Origin: an uncultured Hyphomicrobiales bacterium
GTDB lineage: Bacteria > Bacteroidota > Ignavibacteria > Kapaibacteriales > UBA2268
Direction: 5' to 3'
NCBI GenBank assembly: GCA_964454975.1
Contig: CAYVVD010000001.1
Coordinates: forward strand, 131,658 to 195,657
Length of the DNA stretch: 64,000 bases
In this document: piece by piece, positions 59,015-64,000 of the stretch
How positions within the stretch are numbered: the first letter of the stretch is position 1
Layout of the letters: the number at the start of each line of letters is the position of its first letter
Notes under the pieces: model-generated
What the model was told of the DNA's origin: nothing
Databases searched by the model: none
Seen by the model: the letters and a program-made list of their open reading frames with translations, nothing else
Made by a program: the position numbers and the translations under genes

Positions 59015-60301
59015 TCAGGATTCTGGTTCGATTAAAAACAGGGACCAATCATCCGGGTTAAAATATTTATCAGCTGTCTGATGTATTGTTTCGAGAGAGA
59101 TAGATTCAATTTTTCTGATAATATCGCCAATTTCCTCATACCCACCCAGGTAAAACTCGCTTTTAGCAATTGACTGCATCCTTACTGAGAGATCCTCCAA
59201 TTCCATAATAATTCCAGACTTAAGCTGTTCTTTCGCTCTCATTATTTCCCTGACTGATACTGGCCTTGTGAACATTTTCGATATTTCTTCCCTTAGCAGG
59301 TTCAGCGACTTTCGTTGGGCTGTTTCTTCGCATGCAGCATAAACAGTGAACGTACCACAATCAGTATATGGCGTATAGGAAGAATACACTGAATATGCAA
59401 GCCCGTTTCTTTCCCGCAGCCTGTGATAGAGCCGGGAGCTCATTCCATCACCAAGCATTACACTAATCAATGCAAGCGGGTAGCGGTCATCACTTCCGAT
59501 TCCGGGTACGCTCCTTCCAAGGACTATATGGGATTGCTGGACAGTTTTTTTTAATGTGAATTCTCCATTTTCAATGATATGTGGAGTTTTCCTTATTCTC
59601 GGAATGTTATTTAGCGAGTAATCTTCAAGCGCTGAATTAATAGCATTCAGAGCCTTGTCATGATGCAAAGAACCTGCAAGTGTAATTATAATCTCATCCG
59701 AAGTATAATTGTTTTCATGAAATTCTTCAATAAGGGAAGCACTAATCTTCTCAACAGTTTTCACGTACCCGGTTATAGGCTGGCCCATTGGAGTATCGCC
59801 AAACAATCCCCTGTCGGTATAATCAAAAATCATCTCTTCCGGGTCATCCTCGTAAGAGCGGATTTCCTCAAGAATCACCTTCTTCTCTTTTGCAATGTCT
59901 TTGTCGGTGAATTTTGGTGAAAGGGATAGTTCAAGCAAAAGCCTGAGAGACTTTAGGAAGTGTTCGTTCAATGCGCGCACGTAAAAGCAGGTTGTTTCCT
60001 TTGTGGTAAATGCATTTGTATATGCACCCATCGCCTCGAATTTAGAAGCTATCTGCCTGGATGTCTTTTTTCTTGTCTGCCGATAAACAGCATGTTCGAG
60101 GAAATGCGCCATCCCTGCGAGCTCAACAGGTTCATCCCTTGATCCTGCATTCACACATACTCCAAGGGCAAAGGATTCCATTCCCGGTAATTCTTCGCTA
60201 ATTAGCCGGATACCACCGGGAAGTGTAGTATGGGAATAAACAACATTGTCAGGCTTGTGCCTGTTTAGCCTGTATTTTCCTCTTTTGCTCGCTGAAGGCA
60301 T
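59015..60301 (-). CDS. M16-family zinc peptidase (pitrilysin-like)
   Basis: Inverted zincin motif HFLEH…E at the N-terminus. Confidence 0.8.
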   Translation of the reverse strand: MPSASKRGKYRLNRHKPDNVVYSHTTLPGGIRLISEELPGMESFALGVCVNAGSRDEPVELAGMAHFLEHAVYRQTRKKTSRQIASKFEAMGAYTNAFTTKETTCFYVRALNEHFLKSLRLLLELSLSPKFTDKDIAKEKKVILEEIRSYEDDPEEMIFDYTDRGLFGDTPMGQPITGYVKTVEKISASLIEEFHENNYTSDEIIITLAGSLHHDKALNAINSALEDYSLNNIPRIRKTPHIIENGEFTLKKTVQQSHIVLGRSVPGIGSDDRYPLALISVMLGDGMSSRLYHRLRERNGLAYSVYSSYTPYTDCGTFTVYAACEETAQRKSLNLLREEISKMFTRPVSVREIMRAKEQLKSGIIMELEDLSVRMQSIAKSEFYLGGYEEIGDIIRKIESISLETIHQTADKYFNPDDWSLFLIEPES

Positions 60302-60302
60302 A

Positions 60303-61592
60303 CTATTCTTTTATTTCCCAGTAAAGTTCTTCCCGAAGTTCACCCAGCCACCGCTGGTAAAGCTTTTGGCGCTTGTTTAATTGCGCAAGCTGCTCCAACT
60401 TATCATAGTCAGATTCAAGATCAGGAGTGTGCTCAGGGATAATTCTTTTCTTATAAACGATGTGGTAAGCAGATTTAGAAGGATCAGCCGAGTAAGGCTT
60501 TGGTTCGCTTATTTCACCCTCTTCAAGTTTTTCGATTATCTGACGAAACTCAATCGGTAATTTATTCAATTCAAATTTCCCGATAAAACCTCCAAATCCT
60601 TTTGTTTCTTTATCTTCTGAATATTTCTTTGCATATTCATCGAAGCTTGCTCCCTCTTCAATTTCATTTTTTAATTCAGAGAGAAATTCACGTGTGTTTT
60701 CTTTGTCTTCTTCGCTTTGACCGATTTTAAGGAGGATATGCCTTGTAAGCACTTCATCCTTTTTTTTGTCGAGAGTTTCAATAATGTGAAAACCGAATGG
60801 TGTTTCCACCGGTTCGGATATTTCACCAACCTGGAGGTTGAAAGCACTCTCTTCATATTCAGGAAGCAATTGTCCTTTTTTGAACCAGCCTAACTCTCCT
60901 CCGTCTTCTGCTGAGCCGGGGTCGTCGCTGTAACGTTTGGCAAATTCAGCAAAATCCCCACCGGAAATAATCGAGTCCCTGATCCTTTTTGCCAGTTCGA
61001 ACTTGTCATCTTTCGATTTGGTATTAACCTGCACATATCTTACAATATGAAACAGCTCAACCTGTGCAGGTAATGTTCCGAGAGAGTCTTTATAATCCTT
61101 ATAAAACTCCTCAACTTCTTTTGGAGAAACTTTAAGGCTGCCAAATTTCTGCTGTGTGATTTTTTCAGAAAGGATATTATTCCTGATTTCACTCCTGTAC
61201 TGGTATTTTAATCTGCTCAAAGTCATACCGTAAACATCTTCAATGCGCTTTTCCGAGCCGAATTGCCTGACAAGGTTCTGAATCAGTGCATCCCATCGAA
61301 GGTTAATTTCTTCGTCTGTTGCTGTGAGTGAATCTTCGAGCGCTTTTGTAATAATCAACTTTTCGTCAATCGCTGCATTTAGCACAGTTTCGTAGAGGTC
61401 ATCGCCACTCGGAGTAGTAGATATTCCCTGCTGCTTAAGCATTTCAATTCTTGCCATAATGTCAGAAAGCATAATTATTTCTTTACCGACAACTGCAACT
61501 ATTTTATCAAGTGACTGACCGGATTCTACCTGCGGGAACGCTTTAGTAAATGCTGTAAGAAGCAAGAAAATTATTAAAAGAAAATACTTCAT
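60303..61592 (-). CDS. SurA-like periplasmic chaperone / parvulin-type peptidyl-prolyl isomerase
   Basis: Signal peptide, SurA N-terminal chaperone region and a parvulin domain (GGELGWF…FGFHII). Confidence 0.7.
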   Translation of the reverse strand: MKYFLLIIFLLLTAFTKAFPQVESGQSLDKIVAVVGKEIIMLSDIMARIEMLKQQGISTTPSGDDLYETVLNAAIDEKLIITKALEDSLTATDEEINLRWDALIQNLVRQFGSEKRIEDVYGMTLSRLKYQYRSEIRNNILSEKITQQKFGSLKVSPKEVEEFYKDYKDSLGTLPAQVELFHIVRYVQVNTKSKDDKFELAKRIRDSIISGGDFAEFAKRYSDDPGSAEDGGELGWFKKGQLLPEYEESAFNLQVGEISEPVETPFGFHIIETLDKKKDEVLTRHILLKIGQSEEDKENTREFLSELKNEIEEGASFDEYAKKYSEDKETKGFGGFIGKFELNKLPIEFRQIIEKLEEGEISEPKPYSADPSKSAYHIVYKKRIIPEHTPDLESDYDKLEQLAQLNKRQKLYQRWLGELREELYWEIKE

Positions 61593-63622
61593 TATTTTTC
61601 CAGTATTTTATCAATCCTATCAGTATATATGGTAACAGGGAACTTTTCCCTTACACCCTTGAGCCATTCATCAGTGAGTTTCTTCTGAAGCATGTCCTGG
61701 TATTCACCGGCAAAATCCGGAATGGCTTCTTCAAATGTTTTTACGCGTGGCTCACGGATATCGTTCACTTTGATAATTGATTGGCCCTTGCCACTTTTGA
61801 CCGGTCCGATAATATAGTCGGGTTTCGCATGGGATTCATGTGCTATCTTTGCAAGATCATTCTTAGCCGGATCCAGGAAGCCATACCTGCCGGCCTTTTC
61901 CCTCATCCCATCTCGCATTGTATGCTCAGTTGCAAGAAACTCGAAGTCTTCACCACTGTCGATTTGCTCCCTGATTGCCTTTGCAAGACTATCTTTGAAT
62001 AGAAATATCTCAGATATATCATATACCTTGTTGGTCATGTATTGGTTTTTTCTTGGTTCCCAGTATTGTCTGGCTAAAGTAGTATCGAACTTCAGCTTTT
62101 CCCAGACCTCCATTCCTTCAACTCTAAAAAGCAAAATACCATCACGGAATTCATTCATTAATTCAGCAAACTCGGAATTTGTCTTTTCAAGGTTTTGAGT
62201 AGCGCGTGCGAAAACTATCGGCCTTACAATTCTTTTGATTCCTTCTTCAATGCCCTCTTTATTCAAAGCTAACCCTTTTAATTCACGGTTTGTTTTAACT
62301 TCTTCGATAAAATCCTTAACCGTGAATTTTTCTTTCAACACACCAAACAATTGTTTCTCATACAAATTTTTATGAATATTTTTTGTCCATGCAGAATCCA
62401 ATGTAGTAGCATTTGTATCGAGTGATTCAACAAATTGCCCGAAAACATCGTCTTTTATATTAAATCCATAATTATAAGCAAAATCGTCGAGAAGAGTATT
62501 TTTATCTTTTTTGAAGTAGAGCCTTTTATAAAGTTTTTCCATTTCGTCACGTTCTGTTTCTGAATCAACAGTCTGGGTTGAGTCCCGTTTTATAATATGA
62601 AATCCATAATCCGTTTTAATAATACCCGAATACTCACCGTCCTTCAGCTCGAACAGGGCTTTCTCAAATTCAGGAACCAACGGTCCGCCTGTTTGTTCAA
62701 GACCGGTAGAACGAATGTAATATGAACCAAGGTATCCACCTTTGATTGCACTTGACGGGTCTTCCGAATTATCTTCAGCGAGGCGTTCAAAACTTGCACC
62801 TCTTTTTAAAAGTGTAATAAGGCTGTCTGTCATTTTGTATGCCTGTAATGAGTCTCTTTCTTCGCCCTGTGTTTTGATTAGAATGTGGCTGGGTTTTACT
62901 TTAATCCGCTTTGCATCATCAATTAACTTTACTATAAAGAAAGAATTCGCTGTTTCAATCACATATGGATAAACTTCGCCTTCCTCAAGTGAATATATTG
63001 GTTCTTCGATCTCGCGTGTAATCCTGCCTGCAGTAATGTAACTGTCAATTATTCCACCCTTGTCCTTTGTATGCGTATCATTAGAGTATTGTGCTGCAAC
63101 ATCGCTAAATTCTACCCCATTTTGAATTTGAGCGAGGGCGTTTTTTGCATATTCATACTTCTGATTATTAATGCTGTCAGATGCAGGATCCTTAGAAATA
63201 ACAATAATTGCTATCTTTTTCTCTGATTTGCGCCTTTCGACCAGTCTTTCGACATTTGGTTTTACAAGTTCTTCATCAAAGAAGAATGACTCGGCAAGGA
63301 TTTTCCTGTTCAGTTTGGTGTCGGCGATAACAGTTGAATCATCCTGGAAACCGCGATCAAGAGCATCATTTACTTTAAGGCGGTATTTTAAATATAGATC
63401 AAGGAATTCCATAAGACTGTCCTTAGGAACATCTGCAAGATTAAGCCCCTGCCTGTTCAGGTTTTTCTTAAAAGCTTTGTTTAAAGTTTTATAGGTGATT
63501 TCTTCGCTTCCAACCTTGGCAAGAACAGTATTATCAAGGTTTTCATCTGCGAATACCATGGAATTCACCATAATAATTAAAGCAAGAATTAAATAGATTG
63601 TCTTTTTCATTGTACTTCCCAT
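61592..63622 (-). CDS. large SurA/PpiD-like parvulin PPIase with two rotamase domains
   Basis: Signal peptide and two parvulin-like domains (GGIIDSYI…; GGYLGSY…YGFHIIK). Confidence 0.7.
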   Translation of the reverse strand: MGSTMKKTIYLILALIIMVNSMVFADENLDNTVLAKVGSEEITYKTLNKAFKKNLNRQGLNLADVPKDSLMEFLDLYLKYRLKVNDALDRGFQDDSTVIADTKLNRKILAESFFFDEELVKPNVERLVERRKSEKKIAIIVISKDPASDSINNQKYEYAKNALAQIQNGVEFSDVAAQYSNDTHTKDKGGIIDSYITAGRITREIEEPIYSLEEGEVYPYVIETANSFFIVKLIDDAKRIKVKPSHILIKTQGEERDSLQAYKMTDSLITLLKRGASFERLAEDNSEDPSSAIKGGYLGSYYIRSTGLEQTGGPLVPEFEKALFELKDGEYSGIIKTDYGFHIIKRDSTQTVDSETERDEMEKLYKRLYFKKDKNTLLDDFAYNYGFNIKDDVFGQFVESLDTNATTLDSAWTKNIHKNLYEKQLFGVLKEKFTVKDFIEEVKTNRELKGLALNKEGIEEGIKRIVRPIVFARATQNLEKTNSEFAELMNEFRDGILLFRVEGMEVWEKLKFDTTLARQYWEPRKNQYMTNKVYDISEIFLFKDSLAKAIREQIDSGEDFEFLATEHTMRDGMREKAGRYGFLDPAKNDLAKIAHESHAKPDYIIGPVKSGKGQSIIKVNDIREPRVKTFEEAIPDFAGEYQDMLQKKLTDEWLKGVREKFPVTIYTDRIDKILEK

Positions 63623-64000
63623 TACTTTATTTGATTATCCTGTATTGCAATGTCATGTGCAAAGTCACAGATATTACCTGCCCCGAGGGTTATGATAATA
63701 TCATTTTCCAACTGATTTTGTTTCACTATTTCCAAAATATTATCAAAACTATCGGCGTAATAGACGTTTTTATGTCCGAATTTAATAGCAGCGTCGCTGA
63801 TTAATTTTGCAGAAACTCCATCAATGGGTTTTTCGCGTGCCGGGTAAATGTCAGTAATTATCAAAACATCAGCATCATCGAACGAACGCCCGAAATCGTC
63901 GTAAAAATCACGGGTACGAGTAAAAGTATGTGGTTGAAAAATTGCAATGACTCTCCTGTTCCAGCCTTTCCGGGCTGCTGCAAGCGTTGCCCTGACTTCC
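63622..64000 (-). CDS. Mur ligase family protein (MurC/Mpl-like), 3' end only; the gene continues beyond the window
   Basis: Mur ligase C-terminal signature …DADVLIITDIYPAREKPIDGVSAKLI…IITLGAGNI. The reading frame stays open to position 64000. The ORF-track start at 63864 is TTG inside the gene. Confidence 0.55.
   Translation of the reverse strand, partial: EVRATLAAARKGWNRRVIAIFQPHTFTRTRDFYDDFGRSFDDADVLIITDIYPAREKPIDGVSAKLISDAAIKFGHKNVYYADSFDNILEIVKQNQLENDIIITLGAGNICDFAHDIAIQDNQIK

Noticed and set aside
63622-63864. ORF-track call of an 80-aa protein
   Set aside because: The start is a TTG inside a longer reading frame that stays open to the window edge. It was re-interpreted as the 3' end of a murC/mpl-like gene rather than a small protein.

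Overview
The window is a 64-kb chromosomal segment from an AT-rich bacterium. A T9SS C-terminal sorting domain, multihaem cytochromes, flhA and SurA-like PPIases make an Ignavibacteria/Bacteroidota-like organism likely (inference). Most genes are housekeeping: fbp, folB-folK-dnaG, ssb, cmk, ispH, ruvC-yebC, recJ, rsgA, thrS, relA/spoT-like, an M16 peptidase, two SurA-like PPIases and a murC-like 3' end. Two tRNAs are present (Ser-CGA, Leu-CAG).

Observations worth a second look:
1. A ~16-kb block at 26.5-42.55 kb lies between an intact tRNA-Ser and a degenerate direct copy of that tRNA's 3' end (perfect 13-bp core). This looks like an old tRNA-targeted genomic island that has lost its integrase. 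Its entire cargo is cytoplasmic two-component signalling: nine genes with PAS/GAF kinases, hybrid kinases and receivers.
2. Six of those genes form one translationally coupled operon (32836-42379). It ends in two non-catalytic HD-superfamily outputs: a REC-HDOD and a REC plus degenerate HD-GYP in which HD, HHE and GYP are all replaced.
3. The island's divergently encoded hybrid kinase has a D-to-N receiver, i.e. a pseudo-receiver.
4. A 1094-aa single-chain PD-(D/E)XK nuclease fused to a Dna2/Upf1-like SF1 helicase sits between ruvC-yebC and recJ.
5. At 2.9-4.5 kb there is a phage-like switch module: a Mor-like activator, a divergent (TA)7 promoter, and an XRE HTH gene overlapping a separate S24 peptidase gene. 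No phage structural genes are present.
6. A sulfur/respiratory cluster is closed by a second REC-HDOD paralog. It contains a split YeeE/YedE, a rhodanese fusion whose catalytic Cys appears replaced, cytochrome b and an octahaem c-type cytochrome.

No CRISPR array, IS element or rRNA was seen.
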